NCBI GenBank assembly: GCA_041742355.1
Contig: JBGSIV010000121.1
Coordinates: forward strand, 1-60,779
DNA from: Candidatus Zixiibacteriota bacterium
Lineage (GTDB): Bacteria; Zixibacteria; MSB-5A5; GN15; FEB-12
Direction of reading: 5' to 3'
DNA length: 60,779 nucleotides
Position numbers and translations under genes: made by a program. A model generated the notes under the pieces. It saw only the letters and a program-made list of their open reading frames with translations, did no database searches and was not told the DNA's origin. The stretch's first letter is position 1. Every line of letters begins with the position of its first letter. Positions 17,993 to 27,594 of this stretch are shown in pieces.

Positions 17993-20083
17993 TTACTGCT
18001 TACTTACCTTTTCGGCTATCAGGGGAGCGTACTTCAGCGCTTGCTGGAAGTACGACTCGCTGCTGCTGCGATACTCAGGGTTCCCTGTTTTCTCAAAGGC
18101 CCGGCGATAGGCGTTGCACAGACTCAGGTTAAGATGGTAATTTGTGGGCGCGAATTCAATGGCATTTTTGTATTCGGCGATGGCAGACTGGAAGTCGCCC
18201 GCCCGATCGGCCTGTTCGGCCACGAAACGGTGCGCCGACATGTTGTCCGGCCGCTGCTGCAGAAAACGCTGAAGAGAGCTCCGCCACCGGTCCTCGTCGC
18301 CCCTCAAGAACGCCCTGATCCCCTCCTCGAACAGCGTCGGCGAATACCGCCCGGCGTGGTCGTTCCCGGCGATATCGTGCACGAGATAGACGCGCACCGG
18401 CCTCAGACCGATATGGTAGGAGGTCAGGAGCGATGCCCGGCCGGCGATTTCCGGATACTCAGCCGCAATCTCCTGTTCATTGGCCAAATCGACAGACAGG
18501 TGTGTCACCGGGTTCCGCTTGAAGTACTCAGGATCCAACCGCTCCGATCCAAACATCCGAATGGCGCTTTGCAGCTCATTGTCCACCGTGAGGGCCGCCG
18601 CAAAGGGTCCTGAGACGAGGGCTCCCGGACCGACAATGCTGCTGAGGTCCCGATTGCTGTCGCGGAGGCTGAATGTCGGAGCGCTCAGGAATTCACCGTA
18701 AAACGGCCAGGCGGTAGCAATCGTGAGGACAACAACCGCGATTGCCGCCGGTCGCCGAATTCGGGCGAGCGCCATCAGCGGCTGTGGCGACCGCCTCAAT
18801 CCCGCAACCACCGCCAGGCCGACGAGCATGCTGAGGCCGGCGGCCAAACCAGCCAGGCCCCATGAATGCTCCCGGTCGGTGAGGAGGAGGAGAAGCAGCC
18901 TGAAGAAGATGGGAGCGGCCACGACGGCGGCAGCAAGTCCGGCCAAAATCGCGGCCCTGGCCGTGGTTGGCGCCCGACGGCGCTGAGCGAGCGGCTCTTT
19001 CCACCACAGGGCCAGTTCATGTGCGGCGGCGAAGTTGAGCAGGTACACAATCGCCAGTTTGTATCGGGCGGGCTGATACTCCCAGATCATCAGGGCGCCG
19101 TAGAAAGCGATTATGCCCATCGCAATCCACAGCCGGGCACCGGTTCGGGCAGCTTCCTCACTGCCGGCAGTTCCCCGGGCCAAGTCCCATATCAGCCGCA
19201 CGATGAATGCCGCAGCCGCGGCCGCAGGAAGAAGGCCGTACTGAAGACTGATTGAATTGCCCCCAAACCCCAGGTAGGCTGCCACGAAGGCCGGAATGGA
19301 ACTCAATCCCATGGCATCGCCGTACAGAGAAAACACGTCACGAAAGTAACCGCCGACAACGGCCCGCGCGGGGAAATAGACGGCGGCCAACCACACCGCC
19401 CCCAGTATCGCCGCTCCTGCAACGAAGACGACTGCCGGTCGTCGGTTCTTCCCGGGTGCACCGGGAGCACTTCCTGCGGGCAGAAGAATCAGGGCGAACG
19501 GCGCGAGGAAGATCAGCCCATGGAGTTTTCCGAAGAGAATTCCAACGGCAAAGACCATACCGGCGACCGCCCAACCCCGGGGGGCAGGGTAATACAGAAG
19601 AATGGCCATTGATGAAAACGCCGCCAGCACCATTGCATGCTCCAGGAAAGGCAGTCGGCTCATGAACAACTGATCATAGTTGAGCACCATGAGGAGAAGG
19701 AAGAAGACCCCTGTCACCACCCCTCCGACTTTTCGCAGCACCAGGTACGCCGCCAGAAGAGTCATGATCGAGAACAGCAAGGCGACTGCGGCGTGCTGCC
19801 GCAACCCTGTCCCAAACACCGCAAAGACAAGTCGTGCGACTCCGCTCACCGCCGTGTACTCAAAAGCCTTTTCGTCAGCGCCGACGGTTTCATGCCCCAG
19901 AGCACCGGCTCGAGCTGAGGCCGTATACATCGGCGGGTCCGTATAAATGCCTATCGAGTCTGAGAGTCGTGGCGGCGGATCGGCATCGATCCGGTACGCC
20001 CGCACGAACATCATAACGAACAGCAGGGCCGCGAGAAGGGCGATCTCTGTGAACATTGATCGCCGCAGCGTGGGTCTAGTCAT
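17993..20083 (-). CDS. Polytopic ArnT/PMT_2-like (GT-C fold) membrane protein with C-terminal soluble domain and TPR repeats, paralogue 1
   Basis: 696 aa with at least 10 predicted TM helices. First-loop motif DPPPRLSDSIGIYTDPPMY. The C-terminal ~230 aa are soluble and end in TPR-like helices (AIAEYKNAIEFAPTNYHLNL). Clearly homologous to the next gene. Confidence 0.6.
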   Translation of the reverse strand: MTRPTLRRSMFTEIALLAALLFVMMFVRAYRIDADPPPRLSDSIGIYTDPPMYTASARAGALGHETVGADEKAFEYTAVSGVARLVFAVFGTGLRQHAAVALLFSIMTLLAAYLVLRKVGGVVTGVFFLLLMVLNYDQLFMSRLPFLEHAMVLAAFSSMAILLYYPAPRGWAVAGMVFAVGILFGKLHGLIFLAPFALILLPAGSAPGAPGKNRRPAVVFVAGAAILGAVWLAAVYFPARAVVGGYFRDVFSLYGDAMGLSSIPAFVAAYLGFGGNSISLQYGLLPAAAAAAFIVRLIWDLARGTAGSEEAARTGARLWIAMGIIAFYGALMIWEYQPARYKLAIVYLLNFAAAHELALWWKEPLAQRRRAPTTARAAILAGLAAAVVAAPIFFRLLLLLLTDREHSWGLAGLAAGLSMLVGLAVVAGLRRSPQPLMALARIRRPAAIAVVVLTIATAWPFYGEFLSAPTFSLRDSNRDLSSIVGPGALVSGPFAAALTVDNELQSAIRMFGSERLDPEYFKRNPVTHLSVDLANEQEIAAEYPEIAGRASLLTSYHIGLRPVRVYLVHDIAGNDHAGRYSPTLFEEGIRAFLRGDEDRWRSSLQRFLQQRPDNMSAHRFVAEQADRAGDFQSAIAEYKNAIEFAPTNYHLNLSLCNAYRRAFEKTGNPEYRSSSESYFQQALKYAPLIAEKVSKQ

Positions 20084-22247
20084 GTGACTCCTGCCCTCCC
20101 TCCCCCGGCGGCTTCAAGCCCGTCTTCAGGTCGCGATGCGCCAGCTTCAGTTTTGCCACGGTCGGCGCAAGGTGAATCGCCCGCTCGTAGTACTCCAATC
20201 CCAGCCGCCGCAGACGCTCCTCCCCTGTCCGTACGTACTCGTCCTTGTAGAGCTCCGCGATCCGGGCATTCAGGTCGAAATTGGTCGGTGAAAACGCCAG
20301 CGCCCCCTTGATGCTCTGCTCGGCCAGGTCGAACTGGCCGTCGGCAGCGGCAATCTCTCCCACCACCAGGTACCCCATCAGGTTCTGCGGGTACTTCTCG
20401 AGGAACTCGGCCGCCAGCGCGTGCCCTTCCCCGATGCTCCCGGCGTGGTACCGATCTACCGCCTGCTCCAGGTGTGTCGGTCGGTAGCTGTCGGCCCGCG
20501 CATTCCCTGTATGCCCCGCCACACGGAACAGCCGCACCTTGTCCAACCCGACTGTATAGGTCAGTACGTGCACGGCGCTGTCCATCACGTGCGGGTAGTC
20601 GGCGCGCGCCTGCTTCTCGTTTGATTCGTCGAGCAACAGATGGGTTATCGGCAGCCGCGAAAACAGGAGCGTATCGGCCTCCGCCACGCCGAACATGTGG
20701 ATTATTACCGCATGAGTGTTTTCCATCGCCAGAAGCGGCCCGTAAGGGCCCGACACCACCGATCCCGGCCCGATTGTCATCGCCAGGTCCCGCCCGTTAT
20801 CCCGGGCGGTGAACATCGGTCGCTGCGTCCAGTCGTAGTAGTCGGCCACGCCCGTGAACGCCACGCCGACGACGACCAGGAACACGCTCCACTGCGCCAT
20901 CAGCCGGAGCCTTGGCCCCTGCCCTATCGGTGGGCTGTGATGCCACCATCCCGCCAGCACGGCCACTCCTGTCGCGCTGAGCAGCACCCACAGCCACTGG
21001 TGTTCGACAGAGAAGTTCCATCCGAACTGCTTCGCCAGCGAACTCCAGATCTGGTCCACCGCGGGCGCCGCCACCAGTATCGCCAGCGGGTAGAATGCAT
21101 ACGGGGTCTTCTTCGGTCCCTCCCGCGGCTCCGCACCGCGCCATCCGTGCCACAGGTACGAGAGCGCGACCGCCGCCGCTGCGTGAAACGCGTACACGAG
21201 CACCAGCTGGTAGCGCAGGGGGCGGTAGTTCCAGATCATGAGCGAGCCGTACCACGCCACGATCATCGCCGCCAGGAATATGTGTTCGGGGTTGAACGGC
21301 CCGAATCCGGCCCGCCACGATTTTCCCCGCGTAACGCGCAGAAGGATCGCGAGCAGGAACCCGGCGCCGAGCAACGCGCTGACCCGCATCCGGGGGAAGA
21401 GGTGAGTCGAATCGCCGAAGGTCACGAGTTGTTTGAAAAATCCGCCGATCGACTGCAGTCCTTCCGGCGCGCCGTACAGATCAATCGCCTGCTCGCCGTA
21501 GTACCCCGCCACAAGTGTCTGCGCCGGGGCGTAGATGAAGAAGTACCACCCGGCGAGCACCGTCGCGATCCCCCCGGCAAACAGCCCGCCGCGCCACAAC
21601 CAGGCTCTCCTGTCCGAATCGAACAGCAGATGGCAACCGAACCAGCAGGCGAACGGGAAGAGAAAGACTATGCCCAGCGCCTTGCCGAAAAATATCCCGA
21701 GTCCGAGCGACAGGCCCGCAGGGAACATCGCCCAGGTTCGTTTTGCGTGGGTGACGATCGCCAGCGCCAGGAACGCCCAGAAGTACAGGGCGTGCTCCAG
21801 GAACGACAGCCGCCCGAAGAAAATCAGATTGTAATCGAGAGCCGCCAGGAAGAGAAACAGGAGTCCCGCCACCGGTCCGGCCATTCGGCGCACAAACAGC
21901 CAGAACAGCAGCAGCCCGGCTATGGAGAGGATGATGCCCGGCAGGTGCGATTGCCACAACCCTGTCCCGAGCACCGAAAACACGCCGACCGCCAGCGCCG
22001 TCATGCTCGACTTAAGAAAAACCGTTCGGCGGGCGTCGTCGAACGGGTCGAAATCATCGATTTGAATGTAGTTGCGGGCGAAAATGGTGTACTGCGGCGG
22101 ATCGGTCTCGACATCCGACGAAATCGACAACCCGGTCGGCGGATCCGCCCCCAGCTGGTACGTGCGCAGCAGGACCACCAGCGACAGCACCACCAAGGCT
22201 GTCACCACCTCGAGAACCGGACTCAGCGACCTGTACTCACGCCCCAT
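20076..22247 (-). CDS. Polytopic ArnT/PMT_2-like (GT-C fold) membrane protein with C-terminal TPR repeats, paralogue 2
   Basis: 723 aa. Shared blocks with paralogue 1: ADPPTGLS..ETDPPQY, GTGLWQ, DYNLIFFGRLSFLEHA (versus NYDQLFMSRLPFLEHA), FGK..G..FL.PFA, RDNGRDLA..GPGSVVSGPY, FSPTNFDLN. 8-nt overlap with paralogue 1. Confidence 0.6.
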   Translation of the reverse strand: MGREYRSLSPVLEVVTALVVLSLVVLLRTYQLGADPPTGLSISSDVETDPPQYTIFARNYIQIDDFDPFDDARRTVFLKSSMTALAVGVFSVLGTGLWQSHLPGIILSIAGLLLFWLFVRRMAGPVAGLLFLFLAALDYNLIFFGRLSFLEHALYFWAFLALAIVTHAKRTWAMFPAGLSLGLGIFFGKALGIVFLFPFACWFGCHLLFDSDRRAWLWRGGLFAGGIATVLAGWYFFIYAPAQTLVAGYYGEQAIDLYGAPEGLQSIGGFFKQLVTFGDSTHLFPRMRVSALLGAGFLLAILLRVTRGKSWRAGFGPFNPEHIFLAAMIVAWYGSLMIWNYRPLRYQLVLVYAFHAAAAVALSYLWHGWRGAEPREGPKKTPYAFYPLAILVAAPAVDQIWSSLAKQFGWNFSVEHQWLWVLLSATGVAVLAGWWHHSPPIGQGPRLRLMAQWSVFLVVVGVAFTGVADYYDWTQRPMFTARDNGRDLAMTIGPGSVVSGPYGPLLAMENTHAVIIHMFGVAEADTLLFSRLPITHLLLDESNEKQARADYPHVMDSAVHVLTYTVGLDKVRLFRVAGHTGNARADSYRPTHLEQAVDRYHAGSIGEGHALAAEFLEKYPQNLMGYLVVGEIAAADGQFDLAEQSIKGALAFSPTNFDLNARIAELYKDEYVRTGEERLRRLGLEYYERAIHLAPTVAKLKLAHRDLKTGLKPPGEGGQESHD

Positions 22248-23343
22248 GGAAGAATGCTTTGATCTTGTCGGCGACGTACTCCGCCTGCTCGCGCGTCATC
22301 TCCGGGAATATCGGCAGCGACAGAATTTCGCCGGCCAGCTTTTCGGTCACCGGGAACTCCCCTTTCCGATACCCCAGAAAATCGAATCCCTGCTGCAGGT
22401 GCACCGGCACCGGATAGTGAATCAAGGTCGGCACTCCCTGCTTACCCAGGTACGCCTGCAGCGCGTCCCGCCGATCGGTCTCTATAACATACAGATGATA
22501 TACTTCCGCGATATCGGGATCTTTTGACGGCGTGGTGACCGGCACATCTTTCAGCAGTTCGTCATACCAGGCGGCTACCCGGCGGCGCGCCTCGTTCCAC
22601 TGGTCGAGGTATTTCAGCTTCACGCCGAGCACCGCGCCCTGAATCCCCTCCATCCGCGCGTTGTAGCCGAGCATGTCGTGGTAGTACTTTTTCTCGCTGC
22701 CGTGGTCGCGGAGCATCCGCACGCGCTTGTCCAGCGCTTCGTCGCTCGTCGTGACCGCGCCCCCCTCGCCGTACGCCCCGAGGTTTTTGCCGGGATAGAA
22801 TGAAAATGCCGCCATCTTCCCGATCGATCCGATCCGCTTCCCCTTGTAGATCGCCCCATGCGCCTGGGCCGCATCCTCGAGCACAACCGCGTTGTGCCGC
22901 TCGGCCACCCGGAGGATCGGATCCATGTCGGCCGGCCGGCCGTACAGGTGCACGGGCAGAATGACCCGCGTACGGGTCGTCATCGCCATCTGCACCAGCT
23001 GCGGATCCATATTCCGCGTTCGGGGGTCGACATCCACCAGCACCGGTTTCGCCCCGGAGTGGGCCACCGCCGCCACGGTCGCGACGAACGTATTCGCCGC
23101 CGTGATCACTTCATCCCCGGGCCCGATCGGCAACGCCCGCAGGGCCATTTCCAGCGCACTCGTGCCGCTGTTCACCCCGGCACAGTAGCGGGTCGAGGAG
23201 TAACGTGCGAATGCTTCTTCGAATTCCTTTACGGCCGGTCCCAGGATGTAGGCCGAATTGTCCAGCACGCGCTGGATGGCTTCTCCGATTTCATCTTTGA
23301 TCGATTGGTACTGCGCCTGAAGGTCAAGGTAGGGTATTTTCAT
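22237..23343 (-). CDS. DegT/DnrJ/EryC1/StrS-family PLP-dependent sugar aminotransferase (ArnB-like)
   Basis: 368 aa with a typical family profile (KIPYLDLQAQYQSIKDEI, GDEVITAANTFVATV, SFYPGKNLGAYGEGGAV). 11-nt overlap with the downstream gene. Confidence 0.85.
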   Translation of the reverse strand: MKIPYLDLQAQYQSIKDEIGEAIQRVLDNSAYILGPAVKEFEEAFARYSSTRYCAGVNSGTSALEMALRALPIGPGDEVITAANTFVATVAAVAHSGAKPVLVDVDPRTRNMDPQLVQMAMTTRTRVILPVHLYGRPADMDPILRVAERHNAVVLEDAAQAHGAIYKGKRIGSIGKMAAFSFYPGKNLGAYGEGGAVTTSDEALDKRVRMLRDHGSEKKYYHDMLGYNARMEGIQGAVLGVKLKYLDQWNEARRRVAAWYDELLKDVPVTTPSKDPDIAEVYHLYVIETDRRDALQAYLGKQGVPTLIHYPVPVHLQQGFDFLGYRKGEFPVTEKLAGEILSLPIFPEMTREQAEYVADKIKAFFHGA

Positions 23344-23490
23344 TGCTGTTTCCTTCTGTCAGACAGGCAAGCTATCCTGTTGCCCGACAAAAGTCAAGGC
23401 AGTTTCCACGGCGGCGGAACGGGCATGCGTCTCCAGCAATCAGCCGTTTTTCGCCGCGTCTCGGTCCTCCAACCCAGGTGTTTCCTGCCT

Positions 23491-23530
23491 CACACAAAAA
23501 CGCGATGTCAGGCCAATGGCCTGACATCGC
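23491..23530 (-). terminator. Rho-independent terminator downstream of 23591..23902
   Basis: Perfect 13-bp stem GCGATGTCAGGCC/GGCCTGACATCGC (23502-23530), followed on the minus strand by GTTTTTGTGTG. Confidence 0.7.
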
Positions 23531-23590
23531 ATCCTGTCCCCCGCCACTTGCCGGACATCCCTGCGCGATGTCCCTGCGTTCACCCGGGTT

Positions 23591-23902
23591 TTACCGCTGA
23601 CCACCCTGGCGCTGAATCATCTGCATGATCCGGCTCGGATCCTTCGTGAACTCCGCACCCTGATTCTGCAGGCGCTGCATGTCGTCACGCAGCGAATTCA
23701 CGCTCTGCGCGTTCAAGCCGCTCTCGCGGGTGCCGTTCCGATCGAGCCACTGTATGACGTCGTTCCAACTGTGGAACTCGCCCCGGCCGAGGACGGTCCG
23801 GATTTCGGTTTCGCTGTAGTTCTTGCCCGTCATGCCCGATGCCATCTCGCCCATGTTCGGGTTCTGATCGCCTTGCCCTCTGTTCTTCTTGTCCTGAGCC
23901 AT
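23591..23902 (-). CDS. Small charged hypothetical protein, paralogue A (103 aa)
   Basis: GGAGG 8 nt upstream of the ATG. Basic/disordered N-terminus MAQDKKNRGQGDQ. The C-terminal ~70 aa align with 24734..25165 (RGEFHSWNDVIQWLD..LNA..F.KDP versus RGDFNSWREVITWLD..LNA..FSKDP). Confidence 0.65.
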   Translation of the reverse strand: MAQDKKNRGQGDQNPNMGEMASGMTGKNYSETEIRTVLGRGEFHSWNDVIQWLDRNGTRESGLNAQSVNSLRDDMQRLQNQGAEFTKDPSRIMQMIQRQGGQR

Positions 23903-24160
23903 CCTTACACCTCCGACTTATGTGTTCGGTTTTGCCACTGTCGGGTATACCGACATCACCCTGAAACAGAAAAGATCCCCCTCCGGTTTGCTTAGTTGTC
24001 GCGTATTGAACTCGTATTCTCCCCTACGCAGCCCCGCGAATTCTCGCCGCCTCCGGCTCGAACGGTGTTCCCGCGATTGACTGCCGCCGCTCGGTGCATT
24101 CGAGCGTATTGTCTATTGAAGGCGACGCGGCGGTGAACCGGTCGAAGCGGAGGGTATCGA

Positions 24161-24700
24161 GTGTTTTTTCAAACATGGACCGATCTCTGGCGAATTATCG
24201 TGGTCGGGCTGCTTTCATACGCCGGTCTCATTCTCTTTCTCCGCCTCTCCGGCAAACGCACGCTGAGCAAAATGAACGCGTTCGACCTCGTAGTTACCGT
24301 CGCCCTGGGCTCGACGCTGGCCACCATTCTCCTGAGCAAGGAAGTCAGCCTCGCCGAGGGCCTGGTCGCCTTCGCCGTACTCATCTTCGCGCAGCACGGC
24401 GTCGCCTGGCTGCAAGTCCGCGTCCCGGGGTTCCAGAAAGTGGTCAAGTCCGAACCCCGCCTCCTGTACTTTCGCGGACGGTGGCTCGACCAGGCGATGC
24501 GCGATGAACGCGTCGCCCGTGTCGAACTTCTCCAGGCGGTGCGCTCCACCGGCAACGCCTCGCTTCAATCGGTCGAGGCGGTCGTGCTCGAAACCGACGG
24601 TACCTTCGCGGTCGTCACCTCCATGCAGGGGGGCGACTCCGCGCTGGAGAATCTCTCGCTGCCGGATGAGTCCGGCCGCAACGATAGCACCCCCGGTTAA
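24161..24700 (+). CDS. DUF421 (YetF-like) membrane protein
   Basis: LRLSGKRTLSKMNAFDLVVTVALGSTLA plus the C-terminal soluble half (LLQAVRSTG..SVEAVVLETDGTFAVV) match the YetF/DUF421 pattern. GTG start. Confidence 0.8.
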   Translation: MFFQTWTDLWRIIVVGLLSYAGLILFLRLSGKRTLSKMNAFDLVVTVALGSTLATILLSKEVSLAEGLVAFAVLIFAQHGVAWLQVRVPGFQKVVKSEPRLLYFRGRWLDQAMRDERVARVELLQAVRSTGNASLQSVEAVVLETDGTFAVVTSMQGGDSALENLSLPDESGRNDSTPG

Positions 24701-24733
24701 TGTCGGCGCCGGGGTGGGTGGTCGGCCTCCCGG

Positions 24734-25165
24734 CTATCTCTTGTGCTGCTGAATGATCCGCAGCAGCTGGCCCGGGTCTTTCGAAAACGGCGCCCCCTCC
24801 TGCTCGAGTCGCTTAAAGTCGGTCATCGCCGCTTTCGCCTCCCGTGCATTCAGTTCGTTGTCCTGATCGGCGTTGAAATCGAGCCAGGTGATGACCTCCC
24901 GCCACGAATTGAAATCCCCGCGGGTCAGGATTTTGGTGACCACCCCTTCGTCGTACTGCAGGGTGGTTTTCGGCGGGACATTCTCGCGACGGTTCCGCCC
25001 CTCGTCGCCGCGCTTGTCCTCCCCGCGCTCGTCGCTCTTAGCCTCGTTGCGCAGTTCATCCTGCGTGCGCCCGAGGCTCTGCTCGTCGTGTTGGCTCGGG
25101 TTCGGAGTTTCCCCCTGATCCTGACCCGGCTTATGTCCCCGGTTTTTGTTCTTGTCCTTAGCCAT
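24734..25165 (-). CDS. Small charged hypothetical protein, paralogue B (143 aa)
   Basis: The track ORF runs to 25342, but the ATG at 25165 has GGAGGA 8 nt upstream and gives MAKDKNKNRGHKPGQ, parallel to the paralogue A start. Long Asp/Glu/Arg/Lys-rich linker, then the shared C-terminal domain. Confidence 0.65.
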   Translation of the reverse strand: MAKDKNKNRGHKPGQDQGETPNPSQHDEQSLGRTQDELRNEAKSDERGEDKRGDEGRNRRENVPPKTTLQYDEGVVTKILTRGDFNSWREVITWLDFNADQDNELNAREAKAAMTDFKRLEQEGAPFSKDPGQLLRIIQQHKR

Positions 25166-25342
25166 AAGATATTCCTCCATTCGCCGCGGTGCTCGCGCGG
25201 CGTTCGTGTGACAGTAGTCCATACGGACGAGAATTCGCGATTGAGGGAAAAATTCGACTATCGAATCAACTGGGGCGGCCCAAAGAAAAGCGGCCGGGTT
25301 GCCCCGGCCGCCGCAAGTGTCACGACTATACGAAGATAACAC

Positions 25343-26653
25343 CTACCGTTCGTACACCGTCCGTCCCCCCAGGATTGTCCGGGCCACCTGGCCGGTCAAC
25401 TTCCAACCGATGTACGGCGAGTTTTTCGACTTCGACCGGAATTTGTCGACTTTGACCGTCCACTTTTTCTCCGGATCGATAATCGCGATATCCGCATCGC
25501 TCCCGACCGCCAACGATCCGCCCGGCAGATTGAGTATCCGCGCCGGGTTGATCGTCATTTTCCGGATCACATCCGCCCACGACATGATCCCCTTCTCGAT
25601 CAGGAACGTGTTGATCAATGCAATCGAAGTTTCCAGCCCGATCATTCCGGGCGGCGCGAGGTCGAACTCGCAGTCCTTTTCTTCCTCCGAGTGGGGCGCG
25701 TGATCCGAGGCAATACAGTCGATCGTCCCGTCCACCAGCCCCTCGATCAGGGCCTGGCGGTCATCCTCGGTGCGCAGGGGCGGATTCACCCGAAGATTCG
25801 TATCGAACGCTTTGCCGATTTCGGAGTCGGTCAGCACAAGGTGGTGCGGCGCCGCTTCCGCGGTGACCTTCACCCCTTCTCTCTTGGCCAGGCGGATCGC
25901 TTCGACCGCCCGCTTGGTAGTGATGTGCTGGAAGTGCACCCGGCCGCCAGTCGATCGCGCCAGCGCGATATCCCGCAACACCGCGATCTCCTCCGATTCC
26001 GCGGGCGCCCCTTTCATCCCGAGCTTCGTCGACTCGAACGACTCGTTCATCACGGCTCCCTCGGTCAACTGCTGGTCCTCGGCGTGCTGCATCACCGGGA
26101 TGCCAAACATCCGGCTGTACTGCAGCGCCCGGCGCATAATCTCGGCGTTCTGCAGGTAGGTGCCGTCATCCGACACGGCCACCGCGCCCATCTTGACGAG
26201 GTCGCCGATTTCGGAGAGCTCTGCTCCTTTGCGTCCTTTGGTGATCGCCCCCACCACGTACACGCGGGCGTCGGCATGGGCCGCGCGATCCTGCACGAAC
26301 TTGACCGTCTCCTGGTTGTCGATCGCCGGCGAGGTATTGGGCATGCAGCAGATGGTTGTGAACCCTCCCGCCGCGGCCGCCCGGCAGCCTGTCTCGACCG
26401 TCTCTTCGTCTTCACGGCCGGGCTCGCGCAGGTGCACGTGCACGTCGATCAGGCCCGGCGTCACGATCATCCCGGTTGCATCGATTATCTGCTCCGGGTC
26501 GAGTCCCTTCATCTCTTTCGCCGCCGCCGTTTCGGTTTCGATTCGGGCAATCTTGCCGTCCTTGATGAACACGCTCGCGTCTTTCCCGAATCCCAGCGCC
26601 GGATCGATCACCCGGCCGCCCTGTATCACCAGATCGTACTTCTTGCTGGCCAT
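25343..26653 (-). CDS. pyrC: Dihydroorotase
   Basis: 436 aa. Metal-binding DVHVHLREPG and typical amidohydrolase profile. Start overlaps the pyrB stop (TAATG). Confidence 0.9.
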   Translation of the reverse strand: MASKKYDLVIQGGRVIDPALGFGKDASVFIKDGKIARIETETAAAKEMKGLDPEQIIDATGMIVTPGLIDVHVHLREPGREDEETVETGCRAAAAGGFTTICCMPNTSPAIDNQETVKFVQDRAAHADARVYVVGAITKGRKGAELSEIGDLVKMGAVAVSDDGTYLQNAEIMRRALQYSRMFGIPVMQHAEDQQLTEGAVMNESFESTKLGMKGAPAESEEIAVLRDIALARSTGGRVHFQHITTKRAVEAIRLAKREGVKVTAEAAPHHLVLTDSEIGKAFDTNLRVNPPLRTEDDRQALIEGLVDGTIDCIASDHAPHSEEEKDCEFDLAPPGMIGLETSIALINTFLIEKGIMSWADVIRKMTINPARILNLPGGSLAVGSDADIAIIDPEKKWTVKVDKFRSKSKNSPYIGWKLTGQVARTILGGRTVYER

Positions 26654-27594
26654 TATTCGATCACCTCCCCTTCTTCCTTGCCGCGCAGCAGGTACAGCAC
26701 GGCCATGCGCACCGCCTGGCCGTTGGTTACCTGTTCGAGAATCACCGACCGGTCGCCGTCGGCGACATCGCTCGTGATTTCCACCCCGCGGTTGATCGGT
26801 CCAGGGTGCATGATGGTGTAGTTCTTGTTGAGCCGTTTGAGCCGCTCACGGTTGATTCCCCAGAGATTCGTGTACTCCCGCTGCGACGGGAACAAGCCCG
26901 CCTGCTGGCGTTCGAGCTGGATGCGCATTACGTTGACCACATCCGCGCCGTCGAGCGCCTCGTCCACGTCGGTGTACAGGTCGCACCCGAACTGCTCCAC
27001 CTCGCGGGGCAGGAGCGTGGCCGGGCCGCAGAGCGCCACCGAGGCCCCCATTGTCTTGAGGCCCCAGATATTCGACCGGATTACGCGCGAGTGCCGCACA
27101 TCCCCGACCAGCACCACCCGCAGGCCGTCGAGCTTCTTGTACTTCTTGCGGATCGTGTACATGTCCAGGAGCGCCTGGGTGGGGTGCTCGTGCGCGCCGT
27201 CGCCGGCGTTAATGATGTTTGAATCCATGCACTGGGTCAGGAAATACGGCGTGCCGGCGGAGCTGTGTCGGACGACCACCATATCGATCTTCATCGCCTC
27301 GATATTCTGGACCGTGTCACGCAGCGATTCCCCTTTGGCCACCGAGGTACCCGCCTTGGTGAACGCGATGGTGTCGGCCGAGAGGCGTTTTTCGGCCAGC
27401 TCGAACGAGATGCGCGTGCGGGTCGAGGCTTCGTAGAACAGGTTGAGTACGGTGATACCGCGCAGGGTCGGCACCTTCTTGATCGTCCGGTCCAACACTT
27501 CGCGGAAGGTGTCCGACGTATCCAGTATCAGCTCGATATCCTTGCGCGGCACTCCCTCCAGCCCGAGCAGGTGGTTTGAACTGAGTCGGCTCAT
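26653..27594 (-). CDS. pyrB: Aspartate carbamoyltransferase catalytic subunit
   Basis: 313 aa with STRTR, HPTQ and the HPGP..NRG motif set. ATGA overlap with pyrR. Confidence 0.95.
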   Translation of the reverse strand: MSRLSSNHLLGLEGVPRKDIELILDTSDTFREVLDRTIKKVPTLRGITVLNLFYEASTRTRISFELAEKRLSADTIAFTKAGTSVAKGESLRDTVQNIEAMKIDMVVVRHSSAGTPYFLTQCMDSNIINAGDGAHEHPTQALLDMYTIRKKYKKLDGLRVVLVGDVRHSRVIRSNIWGLKTMGASVALCGPATLLPREVEQFGCDLYTDVDEALDGADVVNVMRIQLERQQAGLFPSQREYTNLWGINRERLKRLNKNYTIMHPGPINRGVEITSDVADGDRSVILEQVTNGQAVRMAVLYLLRGKEEGEVIE

